NCBI GenBank assembly: GCA_951406725.2
Contig: OX597821.1
Coordinates: 99,634,001-99,698,000 of the forward strand
Length of the DNA stretch: 64,000 nucleotides
Direction: 5' to 3'
Origin: Octopus vulgaris
Lineage: Eukaryota
Every line of letters begins with the position of its first letter. The stretch's first letter is position 1. The notes beneath the pieces were generated by a model. That model had not been told where the DNA came from. It worked only from the letters and a program-made list of their open reading frames with translations, and searched no databases. Made by a program: the position numbers and the translations under genes. Shown here one piece after another: positions 14,443 through 27,576 of this stretch.

Positions 14443-14756
14443 ACCAGGTATAAACAGTAGCTGCATGACAATGTGAAGTATATTTGCCACTTAAATGTGG
14501 CTAACCACTAAGGGTGGATGCTACTGTAGCTTGTAGCCCCAGGAGAACATCTTCTACAGTTGGCTATTGACACACTTTCTGTGCCCTATTAGTATTTGCA
14601 AAAGGAAGCCATCCTTCCCATTGGGTTTCTGGGTATTTACCCATCGTCAGTGCACGACAATCACTGGTCTTCAATGTGAAGGAGTCCCAATGCAAATACA
14701 TATATCCTTTTTCCAGTGACGAAAAGTCACTGATCTCGAAAAAGTGTAAACAAGCA
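14443..14756. mobile_element. Unclassified insertion flanked by a 15-bp direct repeat
   Basis: ATAATAAATCTCTGA occurs at 14428-14442 and 14757-14771. Confidence 0.55.
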
Positions 14757-14770
14757 ATAATAAATCTCTG

Positions 14771-14806
<36 letters not shown>

Positions 14807-15279
14807 TCATCATCATCATCATCATCGTTTAACGTCCGCTTTCCGCGCTAGCACGGGTTGGACGGTTTGACCGGGTCTGGGAAGCCAGGGGCCGCTCCAG
14901 GCTCCAGTCTGAATCTGGCAGAGTTTCTACGGCTGGATGCCCTTCCTAACGCCAACCACTCCGTGAGTGGATTGGGTGCTTTTTACGTGCCACCTGCACA
15001 GGGGCCGGAGGGTCCGGCATCGTCACGATCGGATTCGAGCATTTTAACGTGTCAGCGGCACGGGGGCAACGAGGTCCGGGGTACTTTGGGGATCGGGGTA
15101 TTTTGGGGATCCAGGGTACTTTGGGGATCCGGGGTACTTAGAATGGGTAGGGGGGTACTTAGAATGGGTAGGGGGGTACTTAGAATGGGTAGGGGGGTAC
15201 TTAGAATGGGTAGGGGGTATGTGGAATTGCTGCAGAAAGCAGCCCGGGTCTTTGTAGTCACAGCATATCTCCAGAGATA

Positions 15280-15535
15280 CAGGGTGTGGTAAATAAACTG
15301 TCATCTAGATTAGGCAAAAATGAAAATAACACTGTCATCTCATTTTAACAGATATATTTACTAAAATTACATTAAAATATCTTGAAATACTAAAGATTAC
15401 ATTTATTCAGTAAAATTGCTATTGGCTTCAACCACAGCCTCCAGACAAATTTGGAATCTCCTGGAACTTTTCTAGACGGTCTCGTTGTTTAAGTTGGTGA
15501 ATGCTGCTATAATCTTTGCATTCAATTCATCTCTT
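15280..15535 (-). mobile_element. Tc1/maT-type transposon 3' fragment with TIR
   Basis: TA|CAGGGTGTGGTAAATAAACTG terminus. Minus strand encodes DELNAKIIAAFTNLNNETV*KSSRRFQICLEAVVEANSNFTE*. A related fragment at ~18585-18703 reads RLQSCLEAMVEAEGGYIE*. Confidence 0.75.
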
Positions 15536-15544
15536 GCTCAAATG

Positions 15545-16068
15545 CTAATAAGGTATGTATACTAAAATCATAAAGCATGTTACGTAATAACAGGCTAATC
15601 AGATATGAGATAATAACAATTCAAAGTAAATAACTCTGAAAAGGGCTTTTGCGTGTTCCCAGAAAATATTACCCTCAGGGGCACTAGTGTTGGTATATTT
15701 ATGAATAAGTCACTAACAGAAATAAGGGGATCTATTGTTTAGGAAAATACTATTTGTTTAAGGGATGTACTGGATAAATTGCGAAAATAACTCTAACAGT
15801 TCAAATACTAAGAAATACACATACTCAATTTCATTTTTACCAAATAATTTAGGAAAATGAATGGGTTATTTCTCTTGGCTATATATAAGGATCCCTTCCA
15901 GGGGTTCTATTATCGATTTTTTACAACAATTTGAGTATGCCATAAGGTTTCCAGACATGAGTTCTACTCATGTGTCAAGTTTCATCAAAATCGATAAAAC
16001 AATGTAGGAGGAGTTAGCTAACAACACTACAAACACACCTACAGACAGAATTTCCCACATGTAGTAAA
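15545..16068 (-). mobile_element. Non-autonomous Helitron-like element, 5' part (same family as 45220-46133)
   Basis: The reverse complement matches ~45220-45830 over hundreds of bases, for example TTTTATCGATTTTGATGAAACTTGACACATGAGTAGAACTCATGTCT. Confidence 0.7.
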
Positions 16069-16070
16069 TT

Positions 16071-16428
16071 TCTGTATATAAAGCTGAGGTTGTCTGTGTG
16101 TGGCATTTTTGGTAGCATTCAACCAACACTATCTTCTCCGAGACCCTGCGGTGCAAATTGACCAAAATTGAGGGTATAATAGAAGAAGGCTTGCCCTTCA
16201 TTCCGCAGAAGATAAAATTCAAATTGGACAATGTTAAGACCCAAAATTATTTACATCAAAAAGATGCTTTTTTTTGACTGCTGTGTTGCCATTTTTCAGT
16301 GTATTTCAACCAGAAAAATGTTCACTTAAAGAGAATAACAAGCTACATAATGCAAACTTTTTATTTTTCAAAAATTCCAATTCTAAAGGGTCAAAACAAA
16401 CCCAAGCAACGCCGGGCGATACTGCTAG
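16071..16428 (+). mobile_element. Non-autonomous Helitron-like element
   Basis: 5' TC start. 3' GC-rich hairpin-like CCCAAGCAACGCCGGG followed by CTAG|T. No TSD. A similar 3' stub sits at ~20715-20742. Confidence 0.7.
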
Positions 16429-16562
16429 TATATATATGTGTGTGTGTATATGTATTAGTAGTAGAATCAACAAGAAAAGTACTCCATCTAGTGTCAGAAA
16501 AATACCATTTATTAAGTTCACAATTGAATCCTGTGTGTATATGTATGTATATGCATGTGTAT

Positions 16563-16605
<43 letters not shown>

Positions 16606-16617
16606 GTATTTATATAA

Positions 16618-16665
<48 letters not shown>

Positions 16666-16781
16666 ATGTATACATTCACACACATACATGTATGAAAAAT
16701 ACATGCACATATATATCAGTTCAGCTTAGTACCATTAGCACTGTCAAAGGGAAAGATAGTGACATTGTGTGCTTTCTCCAG

Positions 16782-16861
16782 TGATTAAATATTCTGTAGT
16801 TGAGCTGATGTGTAAGGACCAGTTGACTGAAGATATAATTAATACATTACTTGAAAAACGA
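16782..16861 (+). CDS. Candidate internal exon (V)IKYSVVELMCKDQLTEDIINTLLEKR, unknown protein
   Basis: Acceptor gctttctccag|, donor |GTAAGT, open frame, unique sequence; phase 1 to 0. Confidence 0.5.
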
Positions 16862-16937
16862 GTAAGTGCGTTTGACCACAGAATGTCTGCTTCAATAAAA
16901 TTTCATCTATGCTATAGAAAAAAAGGATGTCAGAACA

Positions 16938-17002
<65 letters not shown>

Positions 17003-17606
17003 AATAGTGATGTTGATGATGACAATGATAATAGTGTTGACACACAAACACCCCCCCACACACACACGCACATATATATATGTGGCTGTGTGGTGAGAAG
17101 CTTGCTTCCCAAACACATGGTTCTGGGTTCAGTCCCACTGCATGGCACCTTGGGCAAGTGTTTCTACAACAGCCTTGGGCTGACCAAAGCCTTGTGAGTG
17201 GATTTGGTAGAAGGAAACTGAAAGAAGCCTGTCGTATATATGTATATATCTATATATGTATGTGTGTGTGTGTGTCTTGTGTGTGTCTTGTGTGTCTTTG
17301 TGTCTGTTTTTGTCTCCCACCACTGCTTGACAACTGGTATTGGTTTGTTTATGTCCCTGTAACTTAGCAGTTGGGCAAAAGGGAACAATAGAATAAGTAC
17401 TAGGCTTAAAAAAAGACCTGAAGCCAATTTATTTGACTAAAACTCTTCAAAACAGTGCCCCAGCATGGCCGCAGTCAAATGACTGAAATAAGTAAAAGAT
17501 AAAAGACAAAAAGTATATAAACACACACACACACACACACACATATATGTATATATGCATATACATATACACACAGACATACGCGACACACTCACACACA
17601 CACACC

Positions 17607-17637
<31 letters not shown>

Positions 17638-17682
17638 GTATATATGCATATACATATACACACAGACATACGCACACACACT

Positions 17683-17713
<31 letters not shown>

Positions 17714-17747
17714 GTATATATGCATATACATATACACACAGACATAT

Positions 17748-17806
<59 letters not shown>

Positions 17807-18057
17807 AAAAAAAATAGGCAACATCATTTTTGAAAGAATTATTTCTAGGCACAAAATAATGTTACTTGATGCATTAAAATATTTAATCTAGCATTTTGCA
17901 GACATGCCTTGTGTATTATACATTAACAAGTTTGAAACACCAAGTTGTGTCTTCAAAGAAAGAATGATTCAATGAGGGCTATCTACTTACTTTTGAAATG
18001 TCTTTGTGTGTGTGTGTGTGTGTGTACATACATACATACACACATGCACACACACAT

Positions 18058-18112
<55 letters not shown>

Positions 18113-19121
18113 TTTACATACACATATGCACACACATGGGATTTTCAAACTCATACTACAAAGAAACATAAACATAAGGTATTTGGGCTAAATTTGATAA
18201 TTTGTATAAAAAGTGAAGAAAACAAAATATTTTGTTGTGTCTGGGGTGTCATACTGCCTTAATATCTAACACACTCACCAGTTCAGTTTCCACTTATTTA
18301 TTTAGATATTTATTTTTGTGTCTTCCAAAATTTCCATTGACAAGATTGCAAAAGCAACAAAAATTTTGGAAGCAAAATAAATGAGTGGAATGAACTGGTG
18401 AGTGTGTTAGATATTAAGGCAGTATGACTCTCCCCAGATAGAACAAAATTTGTTTCAACACACAAATTCACATAAAGAATCTTGCAAACCAGATACAAAA
18501 ACAAAGTAAAACAAAATATTCCATCCAGAAATAAAAGCATTAAAATATCAAAAAAATATCAACAAAAATGATGGCAAGGAGATAACAGTTCACTCAATGT
18601 AGCCACCCTCAGCTTCTACCATAGCCTCAAGACAACTCTGGAGCCTGCTGTATGCATTCCTCAATGTGTTCCTGGGAAGATCTTCAAACACCTCTTTGAT
18701 CTTATTTCTTTATCGCCCACAAGGGGCTAAACATAGAGGGGACAAACAAGGACAGACAAATGGATTAAGTTGATTATATCGATCCCAGTGCGTAACTGGT
18801 ACTTAAAAAAATCATCAACTTTAGCCTGAACACCCTGGATGGATATATATATATATATGTGTGTGTGTGCATATGTATACAGACATGTTCATATAATACT
18901 CTTTTATTCTTTTACTTGTTTCAGTCATTTGACTGTGGCCCTGGTGGATCACCGCCTTTAGTTGAGCAAATCGGCCCCAAAACTTACTCTTTGTAAGCCT
19001 AGTACTTATTCTATTGGTCTCTTTTGCTGAACTGCTAAGTTACGGGGACGTAAACACACCAGCATTGGTTGTCAAGCGATGTTGGAATAATCAAACACAG
19101 ACACACAAACATATATACACA

Positions 19122-19235
<114 letters not shown>

Positions 19236-19839
19236 GCTTCTTTCAGTTTCTGTCTACCAAATCCACTCACAAGGCTTTGGTCAGCCCGAGGCCATAGTAG
19301 AAGACACTTGCCCAAGGTGCCATGCAGTGGGACTGAACCCAGAATCATGTGGTTGATCAGCAAGTTACTTACCACACAGCCACTCCTATGCCTATAATAT
19401 ACAATACCAAGTTCTTTAAAAATAATGTTCTATTGTGAAAAGTACTGAACTGTAAATATTTCATCATGAACCAGAGATAAAATTACAAAGACATACACAC
19501 ACACAAAAAAAACTACAGAGTAAAACACAGTTAGTTGCACAAACACACACACACACACTGTCACATACACACACATGTGTGCACATACATACAAACTCAC
19601 ACATGTACAAACACATATGCACACACATCCACACATTGAATACAACCTGCATGACAGTGCTATAAACCCAGACAGGAGTACAAATATACAATTGTATGCA
19701 CCTAGTTTCATACATATACAAACGTGCCTCTGTTGGGTGTATAGCTGGGTGGAGTCAATGGGATTTGAAGTTAGACAAGCTATTTATTTTAAATGCTTTT
19801 TTAACAGCTGCCATTTATTTTTTTTTTCCTACATATCAG

Positions 19840-19898
19840 TGTGGGGTATATACAATGAATTATGAACCCATGACAGAGATACTATTTGTGATTGATTG
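19840..19898 (+). CDS. Candidate exon CGVYTMNYEPMTEILFVID(W)
   Basis: Strong T-tract acceptor (tttttttttcctacatatcag|). Only the phase-0 frame is open. The donor TTG|gttaag is atypical. Confidence 0.45.
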
Positions 19899-20254
19899 GT
19901 TAAGTCTTTAGCAATCAGATTATTTATTTATTTACATTTATATCATCATCATCATCATCATCTAGTCTGTTGTCCATGCTAGCATGGGTTGGATGGTTTG
20001 ACCAGAACTGACATGATGGAGAGCTGCACCAGGCTCCAGTCTAATTTCGTTTGGTTTCTACGGCTGGATGCTCTTCCTATCACTAACCACTTTACAGAGT
20101 GTGCTGTGTGCTTTTGCATGGTACTACACAGGTGCATTTATGTGGCACAGGTGCAAGTGCTTTTTACCTGGAACTGGCACAAGACTCTTGCAGGACAATC
20201 CTTTCCATCCGGAGGACCAGTCTTAACAGTTCTATAAAGCACGGGTATATATAT

Positions 20255-20353
<99 letters not shown>

Positions 20354-20363
20354 CATGTGTGTG

Positions 20364-20404
<41 letters not shown>

Positions 20405-21472
20405 TATATATTATATATTATAGCCCCAGGCTGACCAAAGCCTTGAGAGTGGATTTTGAACATGGAAACTGAAAGAAGACTGTCGTATATATGTGTATAT
20501 TTGTATGTGTGTGTGTCTGTTGCTACTCCCACCATTGCTTGACCACTGATGTTGCTGTGTTAACATTCCCATAACTTAGCATTTTGGCAATAGACACTGA
20601 TATAATAAGTATTAGGCTTACAAAGAATGAATCCAGTGGTCGATTTGTTTGACCAAAGGCGGTGCTCCAGCATGGCTGCAAGTAAAACAATAAAAATAAC
20701 TATGCCATTTTAATCCCAAGCGAGGCCTGGTATCTCTGCTAGTTAAATATATATATTAATGAAAATTGATAAAGTATTAATTTATCAAATATCTCGGTGT
20801 AGATAGTGATACATGCATATTAATTATCGAGATAATTTTACATGTAACAATGATCAACAGATATCTTTAGGACAAAGTTACCATAGTTTTAGGCCCCATG
20901 ACTGAACCTATGATCAAAAGTATTCCAGTTATGACCATCCTGCCTTTCATTCGTTCATAATACATCTAGGGTAACATTAGATGACATCATTAGATGTGTC
21001 CTGTTTATTTTTATTTTGTGTTTTTTCAATTTTGTTTTAGGACAGTATGGTGTAATTTGAGGGAAATTTACCTGCTATATTTAGTGAGCTGAATGATTGC
21101 ATGGAGTCCTTTCCTCGCTACATGGATACTATGATGATGTGCGTGTGTGTCTATATACATACATATACACACACACACACACTCACTCACATATATGTGT
21201 GTGTGTGTATATATATATCTATATATATATATAGAGAGAGAGGGCGGGAGAGGTTATTATTTGGATAAGCAAATTAGATATATTAAATATAATATAATAA
21301 TTTGGGCATGAAAAGCAAAATATGTATACATGTATACATGAAAAACACACTCACACACATATATGTATATGTGGGTGTTGGTGCCACGTAAAAAGCACTC
21401 ATACTGGTGCCATAAAAACGCACCAGTGCCAATACTGTGCAAAAGCACCCAACACATTCTGTAAAGTGGTAC

Positions 21473-21775
21473 GTCATCATCATCATCATCCAGTGTTTTA
21501 AACCTGGGTTTTGTCCCTGTTAACAGGGGTGGTCGGATCTACTTCAATGCCATAGCAACTGCCCTCACACCATCTTGCCATCTTGCCCAGTTTTGGGTGT
21601 CCTCCTTTTTCAAACCAACCCTCCCAATCTCCTCCTCCACTTGTCCTCTCCACCCTTTCCTTATTCTACCTAGCTTTCATGCTCCATTTACCTCGAATGC
21701 AATCAGCCTCCTCAGAACATGCTCTTCATCCCTTCTCAACATTTGCCCATACCACCTCACTTCATTTGTGTTAGG
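21473..21775 (-). mobile_element. RTE LINE 3' end (second family, (GAT)n tail); second copy at ~53730-54095
   Basis: Minus strand reads VRWYG.(M/V)LRRDEEHVLRR...G.PRKRW, typical of the RTE ORF C-terminus. Confidence 0.75.
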
Positions 21776-22059
21776 AAAGTCATCCAACTGTAGAAACCAT
21801 GCCAAAATCGACATGGATCATGAGCAGCACTCTAGCTGGTCAGCTCCTGTCAAACTGGCCAATCAATGTCAGCATAGAGAATGAATGTTAATTGATGATG
21901 ATGATGATGATGGTTATGTATGTAAGTATGTATGTATGCATGTTAGTTAAAATCTGAGTAGAAAATATCCATTTTTCTTTTGTCATTGTGTTAATTTATA
22001 AAATACCTATGATTAAAACTATCTCTCGTTCTTCCATATTTTTCAACCTATTGTGAAAG

Positions 22060-22104
<45 letters not shown>

Positions 22105-22348
22105 AATAATAATAAAATGGTGAGGTTGCAGAATTGTTAGCATGTCGGGCAAAATGCTTAGCAGTATTTCGTTTGCCACTACGTTCTGAGTTCAAATTCC
22201 ATCAAGGTTGACTTTACCTTTCATCCTTTTGAGGTCCATAAAATAAGTACCAGTTGAATACTGGGGTCAATGTAATCGACTATCCCCCTCCCCCAAATTT
22301 CAGGCCTCATGTCTACAGTAGAAAAGATTATTGTTGCTGTTGTTATTA

Positions 22349-22379
<31 letters not shown>

Positions 22380-22991
22380 AAAAACAATTATTATTGTTGT
22401 TGTTATTAGTATTATTGTTGTTGTTGTTGTTGTTGTTGCACGTGCATGTGTGTGTGTGTGTGGTTCAATAAATTTGGCTCCCAACCACGTGGCTCCAGGT
22501 TCAGTCTTACTGTATGTTACCTTGGGCAAGTGATGTCTATAAAAGCATGTAGTTAACTAAAATCTTGCAAGTGGATTTGGTAGATGGAAACTGAAAGAAT
22601 CCCATTGTATACATGATGGATGTATCTTGATGGAGGCAGTGAATGCCCACATAACTGTAAGATGTCAGTAGTAAAAAATAATCACTCTTTAGAAGAACAA
22701 TATATTCTTGTGAATAATCAAAGCATCAGAGAAAGAAATCCATAGAATAAAATAAAAGTTAATTAGCAACAGATATTTCAAATGACTGAGGTATAGAAGA
22801 CGCAATGAATACATCAGAGAATATACCAAATAAAAATACTCAAACCACAAATATAATTTATTTTATGAATCAAATGCGTAATAACTATTGAACAGATGAA
22901 TATATTATCAAAAACATTGTAAAACAAAACACAAAAGGTATTACGTTCAATCATAAAGTTAAACTGATAATATACTTCCTTATCAGTTCGG

Positions 22992-23388
22992 TGGAGAGCT
23001 GGCAGAAACGTTAGCACACTGGGCGAAATGCTCAGTGGTATTTCGTTTGTCTTTACGTTCTGAGTTCAAATTCCGTCGAGGTCAACTTTGCTTTTCATCC
23101 TTTCAAAGTCGATAAATTAAGTACCAGTTACGCACTGGGGTCGATGTAATCGACTTAATACCTATGTCTGTCCTTGTTTGTCCCCTCTGTGTTTAGCCCC
23201 TTGTGGGTAATAAAGAAATAGGTATTTCGTCTGTCTTTACATTCTGAGTTCAAATTCTGCTGAGGTCGACTTTGCCTTTCATCCTTTCAAGGTCGATAAA
23301 TCAAGTACCAGTTGCGTACTGGGGTCGATCTAATCGACTGCTCCCCTGCCCCCAAATTTTGGGCCTTGTGCCTAGAGTAGAAAAGAAT
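22992..23388 (+). mobile_element. SINE family B (tRNA-like head; GTCGACTTTGCCTTTCATCCTTTCGGGGTCGATAAA core), dimeric copy
   Basis: A-box-like CTGGCAGAAACG and B-box-like GAGTTCAAATTC. Copies at ~5460-5650, 22118-22330, 28640-28850, 30600-31040, 37670-37828, 43552-43780, 49640-49855, 51313-51650 and 55385-56345. From memory the core resembles the Meta-type SINE domain. Confidence 0.8.
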
Positions 23389-23489
23389 ATACTTCCTTAT
23401 CAGTTTACACACCACAAACAGTTTTTCAGTCTTTCTCTCTCGTTTTATGTAATTTTTTATGCTTTTTATTGCAATCTTTCTTTTTAAAA

Positions 23490-24790
23490 TTTCTTTTGTT
23501 ATTTCTCCCTGGATGTCTGTATCAGATGGACCATTCAGAATTTCTGATTTTGCTTCAAGGTTGTGTGAGAATTTATTGTTAAGCTATTGCTTAAAACGAT
23601 CTTTCCAACATTGAAGTATCTCGGTGGTGTTTGTATATATGTCACCATTCTTTATCTTTTACAGTACTCTACATGTTTTTAAATTCTTCTCTCCTGTCTT
23701 TCAGATTGACTTGAGAAGTTTGTGACTAATATCATTCTTGAAGTAAGCTTCTATTAGTTATGTTTTGTCATGTAGTTATTTTTATTTCTTTTTCTTTTCT
23801 TTACTGTTTTGTTCAGTTCTTTGTATGTCACTAGCTTTGATGATATTGTATAGGTTGTTCAACATTTCTGCTTTGGCTTTCTCCCAGTGTTCACACATTG
23901 CCTCTATTCCTTTTGGTAGGTCAATCAGTATTTAATGGTGTTCAAGAATTCAAGCTTACAGTTTCTTCTATTACTTTGTTTATTTCTTCTTTGAAAGAAA
24001 CATGCACGCTTCATCCTCTGTCACCTACATTCAGTTGTAACAAAGGTGTGACCTCTATTTGTATTTCAGTCTTTTGTGCAAAGCACAGCTCTTGTGGTAA
24101 TTTTATTTACATCATATTGTTTTACCCCTCATTTCTTGGCATAGAGTTGTACCCTACTCTTTGGGGTTCATAATCTTGCAAACAACATGGTAACCTCTCT
24201 AGTACAGTTGGTATGAAGAAAAAGCACAGAGTACATGCTATAAAGTGGTTGCTATTAGGAATGACATCCAACTGTAGAAACCATACCAAAGCAGACACTG
24301 GAATATGAATCATTCTGTGGGTGGATTGGATTCTACCAAACTGTCCTATTTATGCCAGCATGAGATGTGGACTTCATATGATGAAGATGATACCTTTTGT
24401 CAGGAGCTTAAACTAATCAGGACCTTCCTCGGCTGAGTGGTATGTTTTTCTGTATTTAAAGAATAGCTTCCACATTCCCTGAATAACAATGTAATCTATC
24501 TGGGCCTAGTTGTTGGGTGTGACCCATTTTGCCTATCCTTTTATCAAACAACAGACCAGAGTGTTTATTATTGTAAAACCATTTGCTACACAGATCTGCA
24601 GTAGTTCTAGCTCTCCTTTGTTTGGTGTCTCAGGTTTGTATTTTCCTATCATACTTGGCTAATTCTTACATTGACCTTCTCCTACTTTAGAGACGAAATC
24701 CCCAATGATCATGCCAACTGGTTAATTTCTGCTTCCAGGTCGTCAAAGAATTTATTAGGGCCCTTCCGCATTGTAAGTAGAGCATGGGGG
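23490..24790 (-). mobile_element. Highly decayed LINE (RTE-like) APE endonuclease and linker region
   Basis: Minus strand reads MIIGDFVSKVG (GDFNAKVG motif), GKY...N.G..LLQIC..N.F.I.NT and WVTPNN*AQIDYIVI. A family C remnant interrupts it at ~24190-24390. Confidence 0.75.
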
Positions 24791-24991
24791 CTCAGATATG
24801 GAAAATCTATTTATCTTATTGTTATAAATTTATCTCATTATTAGAGTATGGCTAGGTACAGGCATGGCTGTATGGTTAAGAAGTTCTCATCTCAACTATG
24901 GCACCTTGGACAAATGTCTTCTACTAAAGCCTTGGGCTGACAAGAACTTTATCAGTGAATTTGGCTGATGGAAACTGAATGAAACCTGTTG

Positions 24992-25023
<32 letters not shown>

Positions 25024-25938
25024 TGTATGTATGTATGTATGTATGTATGCATGCATGCATGCATGCATGCATGTATGTGTTTATGTATGTATGTATGTAT
25101 ATGCATGCATGCATGTATGTGTTTATGCATGTATGTATGTATGTATATGTTTGTGTGAGTGAGTTTGTATTTTCCTCATCTACATGTGTGTCCATTCACT
25201 GATTGTAAAACAATAGCTTCTTGATGGTATTGTTTACTTGTAGTCTGCCATAAAAGCACATGCAGTTTTCTCTAAATGACTTGACATGTTGTGTTACATT
25301 TGTAAATAAAAGATTCATCCATGTGGTGTTGTTTCTGGTTTTCCATGCAAACATGTCTGGTCTGTTTGTTATTCATCTCATTGAATTGTCGATATAATCA
25401 TGATGTTCAGCTGATCTGACGAGTTAGCTTACTTTATTTGCATCACTTTATGAATATACACCTGCATAATACTGAACAGATATATTGATGTAAACATGTA
25501 TGTATAATTTTGCCTTCTAAAACCAATAATACTACATGATGGAAAGTTATGAAACAGCTGTAATTATTGGGAAGTCATTGGGAAAAAAATAAGTGCTGGT
25601 GGCATGTAAAAAGCACTAACCAATCGTGGCCATTGCCAGCCTCCCCTGGCCCCTGTGCCGGCGGTACGTAAAAAGCACCCACTACACTTACAGAGTGGTT
25701 GGTGTTAGGAAGGGCATCCAGCTGTAGAAACACTGCCAGATCAGACTGGAGCCTGGTGCAGCCTCCTGGCTTCCCAGACCCCAGTTGAACTGTCCAGCCC
25801 ATACTAGCATGGAAAACGGACATTAAATGATGATGATGATGATGATGATATGGCTCTCACATCATCTGACTTTATGCTTTATTTACTCTTTGTGGAGAAG
25901 TTTAATGTTTTAGATTTTTTGAATTCGCTGTTATACAG

Positions 25939-25960
25939 GCATATTATGTTCCACTACATG
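25939..25960 (+). CDS. Candidate micro-exon (W)HIMFHYM
   Basis: Flanks are ttatacag| and |gtaact; phase 2 to 0. Alternative splice sites lie nearby (acceptor 25915, donor after 25975). Confidence 0.3.
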
Positions 25961-27532
25961 GTAACTGATGACTACGTAAAGTGATAGCCAGTTACAAACG
26001 AGGAGCTTACTGAGAATGCTGCTAGATTCTCTGGATCCAGCTCTTCTACTCTTTTATATATCATCATCATCATCACCACCACCACTGCCACTGCCATTGC
26101 CACCACTGTCACTGCCACCACCACCACTGCTGTCGTCATCGTCATCGTCATCATCATCATCATCACCATCATTTAATGTTCATTTTCCATGATGGCATGG
26201 GTTGAATGGTTTTGACTGCCAGCCACTTTACAGAGTGTACTGGGTGTTTTTATACTACTGCTACTGGCAGAAGTGCAAAACACGCACACACACACACACA
26301 CATATTATATGCATGTATGTATATTCTTTTATTTATTTCAGTCATTTGACTGTGGCCATGCTGGAGCACCGCCTTTAGTCGAGCAAATCAACCCCAGAGC
26401 TTATTCTTTGTAAGCCTAGTACTTATTCGGTCTCTCTTGCCGAACCGCTAAGTGACGTGGACGTAAATACACCAGCATCGGTTGTCAAGCGATGTTGGGG
26501 GGACAAACACAGACACACATACATATACATAAACACACACACACACACACATATATATAGATGAACATCAATGGAATTTGTATCTTTGTGGTACCAGTGC
26601 CGGTGGCACGTGGCACACAAGAAAACCATCCGAACGTGGCCGTAGCCAGTACCGCATCGACTGGCCTCCGTGCTGTGGGCACGTAACAAGCACCATCCGA
26701 TCGTGGCCGTTTGCCAGCCTCATCTGGCACCTGTGTCGGTGGCACATAAAAAACACCATCCGAGCGTGGCCGTTTGCCAGCCTCGTCTGGCACCTGTGTC
26801 GGTGGCACATAAAATCACCCACTACACTCTCGGAGTGGTTGGCGTTAGGAAGGGCATCCAGCTGTAGAAACACTGCCAGATCTGACTGGACTGGTGCAGC
26901 TTTCGGGCTCCCCAGACCCCAGTTGAACCGTCCAACCCATGCTAGCATGGAAAGCGGACGTTAAATGATGAATGAAATGAAATATATATATATATATATA
27001 TCATGTGATCACGTGACCGACCAGACCATCAGATGTTGCTACACATCGCTGGTCACAATGCATTCGCATTGTTTTAGCCTGCAAATGACGCCACCCCGCT
27101 GTATATACGACGGGCTTCTTTCAGTTTCCGCCTACCAGATCCACTCACAACACTTTGGTCAGCCCGAGGCTATAGTAGAAGACATTTTCCCAAGGTGCCA
27201 TGCAGCGGGACTGAACCCAGAACCATGTGGTTGGTAAGCAAGCTACTTACCACACAGCCACTCCTGTGCCTATATACATACACATATGTGGAAGCATGTA
27301 GCTTAGTAGTTTGGGTGCTGTACTCAAGATCCTGGACTAAGTGATGTATTTGTGTCCTTGAGCTAAACACTGTCTCATGTTGCTCCAGTCCACTTAGCTG
27401 ACAACCATGAGTCATCATGTGATGGACAAGAGTCATTGTCCAATGGGGAATACATACACTGAAAAACCCCGGAGACTGGCCTAATGAGCTTATGGCTTGC
27501 AAAGGACCTTTGATATTTTTGATACACGCACG

Positions 27533-27576
<44 letters not shown>

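Noticed and set aside
26590-26822. CRISPR-like repeat/spacer appearance
   Set aside because: The 'spacers' are homologous to each other, the array is part of a dispersed retroposon, the DNA is eukaryotic and there are no cas genes.
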